A stretch of 64,000 bases of DNA from Candidatus Thorarchaeota archaeon (GCA_963726195.1 CAVSBO010000003.1:320001-384000), one strand, 5' to 3'. Positions 1-11,267 are shown, numbered from the stretch's first letter. Numbers and translations: made by a program. The notes: a model not told the origin generated them from the sequence alone.

Positions 1-917
1 TCTACCAAGTCGGCAGTGATTCTGAAATATCAGAGATGGTTCTTCGCGAGAATAGAAGTGAGGCATTCGGCCGCAGAGAAGCTGCTAACGGACAAGGAAG
101 CGTGATTGGAGCTTTTGTCGGGTTCACCGTGTTGGCTTTCTTCGGCATCGGGTCTGTGTTTCTCCTGTACGCAGCCATGAATCTAATTGGAGGTCTAATA
201 GTTCTGCAGAAGGGGCCATCGCTGGAGCCAAGGGCTGAAAGAGCAAGAAGCAGAGATGCTCAGTTTCTTGTGGGAGCCGGTATACTCGCTTTGGTCTTAG
301 CGGCATCTCTTGACGCATTCATTACGGCCTTGATGGGACCCTTTGTGGAGCTCTTCATAATCAACATGTTCAATCCTTCACTCGAGATGCTGGCCTTCGT
401 ATACCTGCCCGGGGGTATTATGTCAGCGATATTGGGCGGATCGATGGGACGGTTGGCCGACAGGAAGAACAGAATCGCCATAGTCTCACTCGCGGTCGTA
501 GTCAGCTCATCGTCATCTCTCTTGCTTGTGGCAATTCCGTGGATAGTCGCTGCGCTTAGAGCAGTGATACCGCCGCTTGCGGCCTTATCAGAGACCGACC
601 TGGGACTGATACTCATTGCAGTCCTGTTCACAATTCAGAGTGTGACCGCAGTGCTCGCCTATACCGTAATGTCTGCCATCTTCGGCACCGCCTATGAGGG
701 TAGAGCAGGCCAAGGCTTCGGGATATTCGAAGGGGCGACAGCCTTCTCTAGGTTTGTAGGACCGATAGCAGGCGGTGTTCTCTGGGACACTGTGAACCCA
801 ACGGCCCCATTCGTCCTTGTGGGTGTGGCCGGCTATCTCGTGATCCCGGCATACCGTATAGGAATGCGGCGCTTTGAGCAATTCTCGCGCCAGCAAAGCG
901 AAGGCCGGGTGAACTGA
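1..917 (+). CDS. MFS transporter (5'-truncated by window edge)
   Basis: Multiple TM helices; MFS motif GRLADRKNR; C-terminal GPIAGGVLWD; frame is open back to position 3. Confidence 0.85.
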   Translation, partial: YQVGSDSEISEMVLRENRSEAFGRREAANGQGSVIGAFVGFTVLAFFGIGSVFLLYAAMNLIGGLIVLQKGPSLEPRAERARSRDAQFLVGAGILALVLAASLDAFITALMGPFVELFIINMFNPSLEMLAFVYLPGGIMSAILGGSMGRLADRKNRIAIVSLAVVVSSSSSLLLVAIPWIVAALRAVIPPLAALSETDLGLILIAVLFTIQSVTAVLAYTVMSAIFGTAYEGRAGQGFGIFEGATAFSRFVGPIAGGVLWDTVNPTAPFVLVGVAGYLVIPAYRIGMRRFEQFSRQQSEGRVN

Positions 918-1060
918 GTAGTAGCGGACTTGCAGGTCCCCGCCTAGCGAGTGCTTGATCACAAGCTTAGTCACACCGAAATAGGCATCTAGTATTCACT
1001 GCGCAAGAGATATAGCAAAGGTCCAAGACCTGAGTACTAGGTAACTAGAGGTGCGTTAGA

Positions 1061-2059
1061 ATGGCACGCGTTGCTATCAATGGTTTTGGTCGGACTGGCC
1101 GCCAATTCATGCGTCAAGTCCTGTTGAAGAAGAACTTGGAAGTAGTCGCAATCAATGACCTCACGGATGCGAAGACCTTGGCCCATCTGTTCAAGTACGA
1201 TACGGCCATGCGTCAGTTCAACGGCACGGTCACTGCGACGAAAGATGGGATTGTCATCAATGGCAAAGAAATCAAGATCCTGTCTGAGAAGGATCCGACG
1301 AAATTGCCTTGGAAGCAGATGACTATCGATATTGTCATTGAATCTACTGGTGTCTTCAAGGACACAGCTGATTGCCAGAAGCATATCGCGGCAGGAGCCA
1401 AGAAGGTTATCCTGACTGCACCGGCAAAGGGAGAAATGCCCACCTTCGTAATGGGAGTGAACGAATCAACTTACGATCCTGCAAAGCAAAACATCGTATC
1501 GAATGCATCTTGCACAACGAACTGCCTAGCGCCCATGGTGAAGATTGTCGACGAGAACTTTGGAATAGTGAAAGGCATGATGACGACGGTACACGCCGTT
1601 ACGAATGACCAGAGATTGCTCGACCTTCAGCACACTGACCTCAGGAGAGCAAGAGCAGCAGCATGGAACATAGTGCCCACATCCACCGGGGCGGCAAAAG
1701 CAATTGGCCTAGTATATCCAAATGCGAAAGACAAGATGAATGGCATAGCAATCAGAGTGCCGGTGCTGGATGTCTCGCTCACAGACCTCAGCGTAGTTGT
1801 CCAGAAGCCGGCCACAGTCGAGACAGTCAATGCGGCATTCAAGAAGGCAGCCGACGGAGCACTAAAGCCGTATCTGCGCTATACAGACGAGGAGCTCGTC
1901 TCATCAGACTTCATCGGCGACACTCACTCATGCATCTTCGATTCGCTTCAGACCATGATTGTTGGTGACATGGTGAAGGTTTTGGGCTGGTACGATAATG
2001 AAGCGGGCTACTCTACCAGACTGACTGACCTTGCCGCCTTCATGGCACAAAAGCTGTAG
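1061..2059 (+). CDS. gap: Type I (bacterial-type) glyceraldehyde-3-phosphate dehydrogenase
   Basis: INGFGRTGR Rossmann motif, catalytic SNASCTTNCLAP, WYDNE; GAGGTG Shine-Dalgarno upstream. Confidence 0.97.
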   Translation: MARVAINGFGRTGRQFMRQVLLKKNLEVVAINDLTDAKTLAHLFKYDTAMRQFNGTVTATKDGIVINGKEIKILSEKDPTKLPWKQMTIDIVIESTGVFKDTADCQKHIAAGAKKVILTAPAKGEMPTFVMGVNESTYDPAKQNIVSNASCTTNCLAPMVKIVDENFGIVKGMMTTVHAVTNDQRLLDLQHTDLRRARAAAWNIVPTSTGAAKAIGLVYPNAKDKMNGIAIRVPVLDVSLTDLSVVVQKPATVETVNAAFKKAADGALKPYLRYTDEELVSSDFIGDTHSCIFDSLQTMIVGDMVKVLGWYDNEAGYSTRLTDLAAFMAQKL

Positions 2060-2318
2060 AGCTTTCAGATTTCCAATTGGCGGGCTGCTGCGCTGGCCGC
2101 GTCACCCGTCTCGTTTTCTTAGTACTGACATCATGTCTCCTTCTTCTAATGTGAATTATGCCTGTTCTAATGGTTCAGCCATGTCTTGGCTCCATAGTGT
2201 GGATTCAGGGAACCAAGAAACGGATCGGGCTTGCCAGTATCCTGTCATGCCAATCGTTTGTACGAAAACTGACTCTTCAGAGGTTCGTCAAAAACAGCCA
2301 CTCATGTTGGCAAACAAA

Positions 2319-3107
2319 TCATTTGCGCGCTTCAAGGACTTGGGCGAACAAAAACCCCTCCAAGTTCTGCTCTGCGTGAGCCCATTTTGTTCTTGCCATG
2401 AGTTCCTTGAGTTCTTCTGACGTGTATGCTGCAAGCAGTGATCCAAGTGGTTCTCGTACTTTACGCAATGGCTTTGGTACAACAACGCGCGTTGCGAACC
2501 TGAGAAGCCAATGCCAGATTCTCCTACAGTCTCGCCTCATATCGAACAGGACTAGAAGTCCCTCTGGCTTCAGAACACGATAAATCTCGTCAAGAACACG
2601 CAGTGGCTCAATCCAGTGATGCAATGATAGTGAAGTCACAACAATATTCATCGATTCGTCCGAGTAGGGCATGTCCGCTCCATCTCCCTCCCTCAAATCC
2701 ACCTCAGTGATATTTGCTGCCTCAAGCTTTTCGTGACAAACCCGAATGGACTCCACTCCGATATCTATGCCATATAGCTTAAGCCGTGGTAATCTTTCAC
2801 GGGTGCTTTCGTCGTGGAATGCCTTCAGGAGGTGACCAGTTCCACATCCAAGGTCTAGTAGTGACATCCCATCTGATGCGGGCGCTCCGATACTTGGAGT
2901 AGCTACATGTTCAACGATTTTTCTCCGCAGCATTTTGAATTGTGGCAACTCTTGTAGCGAACCAAACGCATCTGCCACACCTGCATCATCGATTCCTTCA
3001 GCAAATCCGACCTCCCGTGATGCCTTGCTCCTAGTTAGTCCAAAGAGTATGCAGCCTGCGAAAATGAGTATCAAGGCAAGGATGTACCATTCAATTATGG
3101 TTAACAC
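2319..3107 (-). CDS. Class I SAM-dependent methyltransferase with N-terminal membrane anchor
   Basis: LLDLGCGTG motif I, SLHHW, RVLKPEG; start chosen at GTG 3107 (uncertain). Confidence 0.85.
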   Translation of the reverse strand: MLTIIEWYILALILIFAGCILFGLTRSKASREVGFAEGIDDAGVADAFGSLQELPQFKMLRRKIVEHVATPSIGAPASDGMSLLDLGCGTGHLLKAFHDESTRERLPRLKLYGIDIGVESIRVCHEKLEAANITEVDLREGDGADMPYSDESMNIVVTSLSLHHWIEPLRVLDEIYRVLKPEGLLVLFDMRRDCRRIWHWLLRFATRVVVPKPLRKVREPLGSLLAAYTSEELKELMARTKWAHAEQNLEGFLFAQVLEARK

Positions 3108-3232
3108 ATTACAGATGCGGCATGACTTTCGTATAAACAACATGCCTGAAGTCCGCTGCACAAAGACAGGTTGCTGAAGAGAAGCCTCATATCATCCGTG
3201 CTATTGCGTGTGTTTGCAGCGAGTGACAGAGT

Positions 3233-4279
3233 ATGTCGTATCATCCGCCCATTAGCGAAATCGATCCTATCAGAGGGCAGCTTTTGTTTAGAGGAGCGGA
3301 CGTCACGGTACTGGCTGGCAAGGAGAGCTACGAGAGCGTCTTGCACCTTTTGATTCATGGCCACTTGCCCACAAAGGCACAGCTTACGACATTGATGACC
3401 TCGATGAACAAATACAGATATCACGGCCCCGATGTGCTGGACTCCCAGTCCCCAGAGAAGTCAAACGACGCCAGTCCGCTCATTGCGTTAGCCAGTCGGC
3501 TCGATGAATATGCTGATAGGTGGGGGTTTGATACTAGCGGCTCCTTGCTTTTCTTTGTGAGTCTGACGCCGATGGTGATTGCATCTCAATGGCGTCTGAC
3601 ACATGGTGAAGAGACAGTCTCGCCCCGAATCGATCTCGGGCAGGCAGCCAACCTACTCCGAATGCTCGGAATTCAGGCAGATCAGGAATTGGTGAAAGAC
3701 TTCCAGACTTGTCTCATTCTTCACATGGACGACCCGCAGAACCCGTCCCTCAATGCCCTAGAAGAGAAAATCAAGTCCGGCGCTTCTCCATCAGAGTCAC
3801 TCATCGCCGCGTTGAACGAACATTCGAAGCCACTTCACCATGGCGCAGGGTGGGAAGCATTCAAGACCATCAGCGCAATCCACGATTCGTCAGAAGTTGC
3901 CGAGGTCCTTCGAGAGAGAATGGAGCGCGGCGACCGGATATTCGGCCTCGGTCATCGAATATACCGAACCATTGATCCAAGAGCCGTGGTACTGAGAGAG
4001 ATACTACGTCGAAGGACGGCAGGCACTCCTCAGGAGTCACTCTTCCAAGTCGTCGAGGCAATAGCGACTGAGGGGAGTCGTATGATCATGGAACGTAAGG
4101 GCTTCACGGTGTACCCCAACGTTGACCTGTACAATGCTGCCGTCTACTCGGTGCTTGGTGTACCCGCAGAACTCAATACACAGATGTTCGCTGTTTCGCG
4201 CGTGTGTGGCTGGATCGCTCATGTCTTGGAGCTGACGCAAGATCTTGGGCGTGAAATAAGAAGAGGCACGTATTACTAA
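3233..4279 (+). CDS. Citrate synthase / 2-methylcitrate synthase family protein (divergent)
   Basis: GQLLFRG, LHHGAG, IFGLGHRIY..DPR, YPNVDLY, SRVCGWIAH. Confidence 0.85.
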   Translation: MSYHPPISEIDPIRGQLLFRGADVTVLAGKESYESVLHLLIHGHLPTKAQLTTLMTSMNKYRYHGPDVLDSQSPEKSNDASPLIALASRLDEYADRWGFDTSGSLLFFVSLTPMVIASQWRLTHGEETVSPRIDLGQAANLLRMLGIQADQELVKDFQTCLILHMDDPQNPSLNALEEKIKSGASPSESLIAALNEHSKPLHHGAGWEAFKTISAIHDSSEVAEVLRERMERGDRIFGLGHRIYRTIDPRAVVLREILRRRTAGTPQESLFQVVEAIATEGSRMIMERKGFTVYPNVDLYNAAVYSVLGVPAELNTQMFAVSRVCGWIAHVLELTQDLGREIRRGTYY

Positions 4280-4350
4280 GGTCTAGCTGACAAATCTAGC
4301 AGGACCGCAGAAGGAGAAGGGCACCCAGTAACGATTCTTGGCCTTGCCTA

Positions 4351-5221
4351 TCACTGCATAGACCACGCTCGCTCAATGATGAACCCTCCAATTGCGGCGA
4401 ACAACTCCAGCATCAAGAGGCTATACCACGTCATCGCAGCCGCGGGTGACCACCAGTCCCATAGAGGAGGAGGGCGAAACGGGAATGCCCAATAGACATA
4501 CAACGAAAGCGGAGCTGATGATGATCATGAGCCCACAAACGACAAGACCCACTTTGGTCAGCAATCTTGTCTTGGCGACGTCTACTCTTTCTCTATGGCC
4601 AAGTGCCAATAGCAGTATTGCAACGCCGAATCCCACCATTAGGAGGCTCAATACGCTGACGGCGAACATAAACTCTGAAGTACCAAGTGCCGACAACAGT
4701 ATTGCAGTGCCGAATCCCAGTACTAGGAGGCTCGATAGGCAAACGGTCAGCATAACCTCTGAAGTACTCTGAGGCATCGAGTGGTCACCCTCAGAGTACA
4801 CTGATGACGACGCTCGCTCAATGATGAGTCCTCCAATTGACGCAAATAGCGCCAGTACTAGAAGGTGATACCAGCTCATCATAGCAGCGAGAGACCAGAA
4901 GTCCCAATCCAGAGGGGAGCGCCATGAGAATGCCCAGTACATGTTCAAAGAAAGCGGAGTTACAGTAATCATGAGCCCACAGAGGACAAGACCCGCTTTG
5001 GTCAGCAGTCTTTTCTTGGCGATGTCTTCTTTTTCTCTGTAACCAAGTGCCAACAGCAGTACTACAACGCCGAACCCCACCATCAGGAGGCTCAATACGC
5101 TGACGGCGAACATGAACCCTGAAGTGCCAAGTGCCGACAACAGTATTGCAGTGCCGAATACCAGCACATCCAGGCTCAATATGCTGACGGTGAATGCAAC
5201 CTCTGAAATACTATGAGGCAT
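4351..5221 (-). CDS. Multi-pass membrane protein made of two tandem ~145-aa units; frameshift near 4450-4490
   Basis: Second unit continues in another frame as AAMTWYSLLMLELFAAIGGFIIERAWSMQ*, matching the end of unit 1. Confidence 0.65.
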
Positions 5222-5238
5222 CGAATGCACGCCCTCGA
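4351..5238. repeat. Diverged tandem duplication with 444-bp period and nested 84-bp (28-aa) sub-repeat
   Basis: ATGs at 5221 and 4777 in near-identical context; cgctcgctcaatgatga occurs at ~4367 and 4811. Confidence 0.9.
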
Positions 5239-5414
5239 GATATATCGATGGCATCTATCCGCATAAACATATCGTCCGAAGGCATCTGTGTAATGACTTA
5301 GCTCTTGGAAAGCAGCCTGGTGTGACAGACATCGTGGAGGGGCTTGAGCCATCCTCCAACTTAACAACACCGTCCGCCGGGAGCGAGCGCAAGAGCGCAA
5401 CACTCCAAAACGCT

Positions 5415-6311
5415 CTACTTGAGTCCCCAAGTGGAAACCGCATCAACTGCAGCCTTCCTCTCAGCAACACTAAGCGACTGGATTGGCGGCCTACATTCTC
5501 TACCAACGAGCCCGAGATGATCCATTACAGCTTTCACTACCGGCACGTTATTCGCAGTTCCTTTGCCTTCTCTCAGGTTCTCAAACGGTGTAATCATCGC
5601 TTGGACTTTCATCGCCTCGGCGTAATCATTTCGCTTGAGTGCATCGTACATTCGCTGTGAGACCTTAGGGGCGAAATTGCCCAGGCCGGATGTGAACCCT
5701 TCAGCGCCGGCGAGCCAATAGAATGGAGCAAATCTCTCAGCGGTGCCACATGACCAGATAACGCGCTTGCCTAGTGTCTGAACGCTATATGCGCAGTCGA
5801 CGACTCTTCCAAACGCATACTTTACTGCGACAACATTCTTGTGATTGAAGAGATCCCTGAGAACGGCGTCTGTGAGCAGGGGTCCCTTCTTGTACAGCGC
5901 AACACCAATCTTGGTCGCATCGAGTATCTTTCGATAATAACCAACGACTCCCTCTTCTGAACTGAAGACATGCTGGGGGTAGAGTATCATGACTGCCTCT
6001 GCACCCAATGATTCGGCCTGATTGACCATGCTGATGGCGGTGGTCACGCTATTGCCCACACCGGGCATCACGATCATTTTGCCAGAAGATGCTTCAATTG
6101 TGGCCTTGACCACTTGAGTCCATTCTGCTTCTGAAAGCGAGTAGAACTCTCCAGTATTGCCGCAGGGTATAACAAGCCGGACACCATTCTTCTTCAGGTG
6201 AGCCATGTTCGTTGATATGGCACTGACATCTACCTTCGCCAAGTCCTTGCTGAATGGTGTAGCCGTGGTCACCGAGAAACCACGAAGAGCATCTCGAAGG
6301 GTTTCAGACAT
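5415..6311 (-). CDS. Dihydrodipicolinate synthase (DapA) family aldolase/dehydratase
   Basis: TPF, GNTGEFYSLS, Schiff-base Lys in AVKYA, RPP near the C-terminus; start MSETLRD. Confidence 0.9.
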   Translation of the reverse strand: MSETLRDALRGFSVTTATPFSKDLAKVDVSAISTNMAHLKKNGVRLVIPCGNTGEFYSLSEAEWTQVVKATIEASSGKMIVMPGVGNSVTTAISMVNQAESLGAEAVMILYPQHVFSSEEGVVGYYRKILDATKIGVALYKKGPLLTDAVLRDLFNHKNVVAVKYAFGRVVDCAYSVQTLGKRVIWSCGTAERFAPFYWLAGAEGFTSGLGNFAPKVSQRMYDALKRNDYAEAMKVQAMITPFENLREGKGTANNVPVVKAVMDHLGLVGRECRPPIQSLSVAERKAAVDAVSTWGLK

Positions 6312-6327
6312 CTTATTGTGATCACTC

Positions 6328-7173
6328 CTACGGAAAGTCTTTGACAATTCTCTCCTTGTCACGCGCGGAAAGGTCGAAATCAATGCGTATTTCCTTGAAC
6401 GGGTTCGAGCATGGGTTCCCACGAGACACATGCATCTTGAAGGCGAACTTCTTGGGTTCGACTCTGTGCATTTCGATTATGTATGAGTACGTGGTCTCGC
6501 CCATCAGAGGATTCTCGTGAGGCTTGACCGCCCTGTGACGACATATCGAATCGAAGCCCTTGCTGTCGCTATGATTACTCAGTATCGCAGTCATGTCACG
6601 CAATGAAGAAGCGGAGTCGAGCATTTTGGCCGCGACCTGGCGTCTCTTCTCACTGGTAGGCAGCGGCCCACCAGCTTCCCGTTCTTCTTTTGACGCCTTT
6701 AGTAAGGCATCTTTTGTCGGGAGCTTCATGTGATGGTTAGCACGGGTTATAATCTTTGGATTCTTCTCCAACTCGCAAACGCCTTCGCCGATTTCAATCG
6801 CACCGACTCCTTCGAGCGTACCAACGACAAAGTTGCACCATTGGTAACGCTTGCCGCTCCGAAGTGAGTCGGATACCATATCATGGGCCTTGTCCACTGT
6901 CTTTGCGTTCCTTAGTATCTCTTCAAGAAGGAAGTCGTAAGCATCCGCTTGTTTAATCAGGACAGTTGAACTGCATGCCGCGAGACCCCACTTGTTGACC
7001 CCTATTGAGACACCGGCCTTCGTGCCTGTTCCGATATTCACACCCGTGACTGCAAACAGAGTATCATCAAACAGTGCGGAGTCTTTGAAGTTCTCGTAGA
7101 CCAAGTCTCGGTTCTTGAGCAGGAACAACCCGTTGCCTACTCTCTTGGCAGCTATTGTGCAGCCATCTGACAT
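6328..7173 (-). CDS. Ntn-hydrolase, peptidase C45 / acyl-CoA:6-APA acyltransferase-like
   Basis: N-terminal CT nucleophile followed by LLKNRD; GVNKWGL; RANH; SICRH; GNPC. Confidence 0.75.
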   Translation of the reverse strand: MSDGCTIAAKRVGNGLFLLKNRDLVYENFKDSALFDDTLFAVTGVNIGTGTKAGVSIGVNKWGLAACSSTVLIKQADAYDFLLEEILRNAKTVDKAHDMVSDSLRSGKRYQWCNFVVGTLEGVGAIEIGEGVCELEKNPKIITRANHHMKLPTKDALLKASKEEREAGGPLPTSEKRRQVAAKMLDSASSLRDMTAILSNHSDSKGFDSICRHRAVKPHENPLMGETTYSYIIEMHRVEPKKFAFKMHVSRGNPCSNPFKEIRIDFDLSARDKERIVKDFP

Positions 7174-7287
7174 GAAGCAAGAACTGATATTGTGGTATTT
7201 CTACCTGACGCACAGAAGCCGGTCAGCGTCATTTAGTGCGATAGACTTATTCGGACCCGTCTACACAAAGACAGGCGTGGTAGAGAG

Positions 7288-8263
7288 ATGTGCCCTCCTG
7301 TTTACGAACACGACTTACCCCTAGAGACGTCAGCCACTCTGCTAGGTTGGACTTCACCCAACGGCTTCTTCATTTTGGGTTGGCTTTGGGGAATCACGAG
7401 CTCATTCTTCGTGGGTATCGATAGCATTCTCGTCTCCTTTCTTTTGTTCACGTTCGTCATCGGTGCCCTATCTCACCTGCTCTGGCTAAAGACGCTGGCA
7501 CATAGATACAAGCGCCCAATCACCGACGCTCGTTTCTTGGGACTGCTTGCGAATGCGGAAGAGCGAACAGGTCAAAGAGGAATTGAGGCCTGGAAGAGTT
7601 ACCTCGGACAAGATAGTACTCGAGAACCTCCAGATCAGTCTTGTTCAAAGCATTGCTTGTATCAGAGTCTGCTATAGGGGATATCCTAGCATCACCAGGC
7701 GACGGAGAGGTGCTGCTTGCCGGGTGTGTCACTAGCACAAGAGGAAGAGTCTACGCAGTGTTTCCCTTGGTAGCGGGCTCCAACTTGATGATCATGACGA
7801 TGAGCGAACTGGCGATATTGGTCGCCCCTTTGCATGAAGGCTGGTTTCCGCTCTACTATGTCGCTTGCCTGCTTCTTTTCGCTGTCGGGCTTGTCACGGC
7901 TGTTGCTCATTCACGGCGCCGTGTCCCGGATTCTGGGCTTGTTGAGAGACTATACAACTTGCCCGCCTGCTGTGGCCAAGATGAGAGTATTCGATCACAA
8001 AGTGATGACCGAGTCGGAAATCGATCAATACCTAAGGGAACGCAAATCGAAGACTGAGAAAGACAGTGTCCGACTTAGACTAGCATTGATTGGAAGCCTT
8101 TTCGTATTTGCCCGCTGTTCTGTTCGGCGTGTTCCTGGGCACAACTCTGTTCAAGGCAGAGTACATTGCAGCGATGCCGATTCCATCTGTATTGTCCATA
8201 TTTGCCATCGGTGGCTGCGTCGCGCGATTTGTACCTGAGGCGACAGCCGTGACCCAACTATGA
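7288..8263 (+). CDS. Membrane protein of unknown function, split over several frames
   Basis: Hydrophobic segments continue across ORFs 7288, 7641, 7834 and a final frame ending at TGA 8263. Confidence 0.5.
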
Positions 8264-8284
8264 TGTGCCCGCATTCTCCGTTAG

Positions 8285-9512
8285 TCAGTCTTCAGCAAGT
8301 GCTGCACCCTCAGACGATGTCATTGCAAGCTCAGGAATCTCTTCTCTTTTTCTTGTTTGCGTCTCCACCCTGAAGAGAGTTGCACAGACGACCATTGCAG
8401 CAAGATTGAACACAAGAGTGACCCATGCCACGGGTTGAAAACGAAGGAAGACGAACGCGGCGAACAGACCTCCGACAATCGGACCTAGTGCATTCCCTGC
8501 GTTCTGTGCACCATTGACAATGCCCATTGCGCTACCACGTTCGGCATCTGCAGACATCCGAGCGACAAACGCATAGGATCCCGTTTGGGCCAGTGCGTAG
8601 ATGGGCAGCATATAGAGCACTGTTGCAAGGAACGGATCCGTGACTAATCCCCAACCGATGGCGTAGAGGGAATATGAAACATATGCAGTGAACATTATGG
8701 GTACAGCACCGTGCCTGTCGGCGAGGATTCCTATGAAGCCAGTAATCAAGACTGCAGCGAGGGTTGCGCCAGAGTTAGCATAACCTACGTATGCGGCAGG
8801 ACCGCCGAGCTCGTCCACGACAACGATTGCCATGACGAATGATGTGGCATAGATGCCGACCGTACTGAGAGTGACCATAAGAGCGAGCCTTGCCATCCCA
8901 GGTTTCCGAATCATGGTCCGAAATCTGACCCTGACACGCACTGTCGGCTGGACAATCGGCAGGTCTTTGACAAGAACCGCGCTTACGCCCACGGCGACCA
9001 GGCAAATCGCTGCGGAGATTCTGAACATTGTGAACATGCCAATCATATCGTGGAGCAGCCCGCTAGCCAGCGCTCCAAAGAACCAGCCTGCTGAAGTAAC
9101 TACCATATAGAAACCCAGGCGTTGGCCTTTCTTCGCTGTCTTGCTCGTCAGGTATGCTTGGCCTGCAGGAATTGCTGCTGCCGAACACGCAGCTCCGCCA
9201 TAGCAACCAGTACGAATTGGAAAACATCGGTCACGAAGGAATAGAGAAAGAAAGTGTAGGTATATCCTATGAAGCCCACCACCATGAAGGGCTTCCTCTT
9301 CCTACACGGTCTGACAGAGAACCCCATAGATACACGGCTATCATCGTCACAAAAGCGGGAATGGCCCAGACAAAGGCCAGGACGAGCTGCGAACTCTCAC
9401 CTAAGTCGTGCTTAGCAAAGAATGTGATGAATTGCCAAGCCATCGCCTGCCCCATGCTTTGACTCGCATATGCAAGATACACTGCGAACCTTGACCGGTC
9501 AATGTCAACCAT
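8285..9512 (-). CDS. MFS transporter (two frameshifts near 9300 and 9200)
   Basis: WGSLSDRVG.RKPF and GILADRHG motif A in both halves; GPIVGG. Confidence 0.85.
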
Positions 9513-9678
9513 GGAGTGGCGCCCCTGGCTAGTCGGCGACCGATTCTGATTAGGTAATAACGTTTGGCTTTTTGGTGTTGAGGAAAGTGAGAAAGCATGA
9601 TATATTAGCACCAAATGACCAAAGCATCAAAAACCTAGAACCATTGAAGAGTAAAATGAGGTCTGGAAAACGGGAAAC

Positions 9679-10002
9679 GTGGCGAAGAAACCAATCTACG
9701 GGCTCGTTCTCAGCCTCGTCGGCGGCATAATCATGATAGTCTCTGTGGCACTGCTACTCTCGAATATCAGCTATATGCCGTACAGGCTGTTTCCGGATTC
9801 AAGGATTAACGAGATTCTTGGACTCGTCCTTGGAATACTCACAGTGCGGTTTGGCTTCCAGGGTTATGTCGGAAATGGAAAGACGTGGGGTATTGTCGTC
9901 TTGATATTCGGCATAGTCAACTTGATTGCGGGCGCTGACGTCTACTTCATCGGAAGCATCCTAGCAATCCTAGGCGGCGTTCTTCTTCGCACTGGAAAGT
10001 AG
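9679..10002 (+). CDS. Small four-TM membrane protein
   Basis: LSLVGGII...FIGSILAILGGVL hydrophobic pattern. Confidence 0.7.
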   Translation: MAKKPIYGLVLSLVGGIIMIVSVALLLSNISYMPYRLFPDSRINEILGLVLGILTVRFGFQGYVGNGKTWGIVVLIFGIVNLIAGADVYFIGSILAILGGVLLRTGK

Positions 10003-10008
10003 GGGGCA

Positions 10009-10048
10009 GGCAGGACCAGCAGTGCAGGCTCCTCCTGCTATTTTTTTG
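10009..10048 (+). terminator. Hairpin plus T-tract terminator
   Basis: gcagga...tcctgc followed by a 7-T run directly after the stop at 10002. Confidence 0.55.
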
Positions 10049-10137
10049 TATCTCAACCACGCGGGTTAGGGTCGCAATACGTCTCTCGATGCGCTGTTCG
10101 GAGGATTCTTCAGTCGTTCGCCGCGAGAGGTTCTATT

Positions 10138-11267
10138 GTGACCTCCAGCGATAACGAACCAGTTCTTCGGCTTGAGAATCTCCGAGCATACTACACTTCA
10201 AAGAAAGGAATTGTCCGAGCAGTTGACGATGTATCATTCAATATCAGGAAAGGCGAATCTGTAGGGCTTTTCGGCGAGTCGGGATCGGGGAAGACTTCAG
10301 TGGCGCTGGCAATCATGGGCGTTTTCGACAGAATGTCGAGATACTATGCCTCTTCCTCGGGCGATGAAACGACAAAGCGCTTGTGGGAGCTTCGTGACCA
10401 AGCGAGAAAGAAAGGGCTCACATCAGCAGATATGAAAGAGGATCTGCCTGGAGTTGAGGGACATATTTGGTTCAAGGGCAAGGACCTGCTGGCTCTCGAT
10501 GAAAAGGAGTACAGAAAGATACGTGGCAACGAAATCACTTACGTGCCTCAAGGTTCGAAAAAGTCGATGAATCCCTACATGACTATCGACTACCAGACAG
10601 CTGAGTCCCTATGGGTGCATGATGAAAAGAGAATCCTGCAGGAGCGCCAAGTCATGCGGCGAGTCCTTCAGGTACTTGACCTCGTTGAACTTGCAGATGT
10701 TGATATCAGGAAGGATTTCAAGCCAGCCCAATTCAGCGTCGGGCGAAGATCAGCGCGTACTCATTGCAATGGCTCTCATCACGAAACCCGCCTTGATGAT
10801 TGCAGATGAACCGACCACTGGATTGGATCCGGGAGTACAACACAGAGTCCTTGCCGCGATTGACATCGTTAGAAAGGAACTCAGTATATCAATGCTCATC
10901 ATAAGCAATGACCAGAGACTAATGGAATGGGCCACTGACAGAGTCGGTGTCATGTCAGCAGGGCAGATCATGGAGTTTGGGCACACCGACAAAGTCCTGA
11001 GAACGCCCGGTCATCCGTTCACTAGAGCCTTCGTGATGAGCAATCCGACAATGGAGGCCCTCCGGAGAATTCGAGAGAAGGGATTGGTCGATTCGCGGCA
11101 TACCTGGCAGTCCCCCGGATATGACTAATCCGCCAAGTGGTTGTAGGTTCCATCCTAGATGTGAATACGCAGTAGCACAATGCAAAGAGAAAGTCCCTGA
11201 ATATCGGGAGGTAGAACCAGGTCACTGGATCTCATGTCACAGATACGAAGAACTGCCCGAGTTCTAA
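10138..11267 (+). CDS. Oligopeptide/dipeptide ABC transporter ATP-binding protein (OppD/DppD-like); two frameshifts
   Basis: GESGSGKT Walker A, IADEPTT Walker B, HPFT; C-terminal PPSGCRFHPRC...C...C read in a third frame. Confidence 0.88.
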
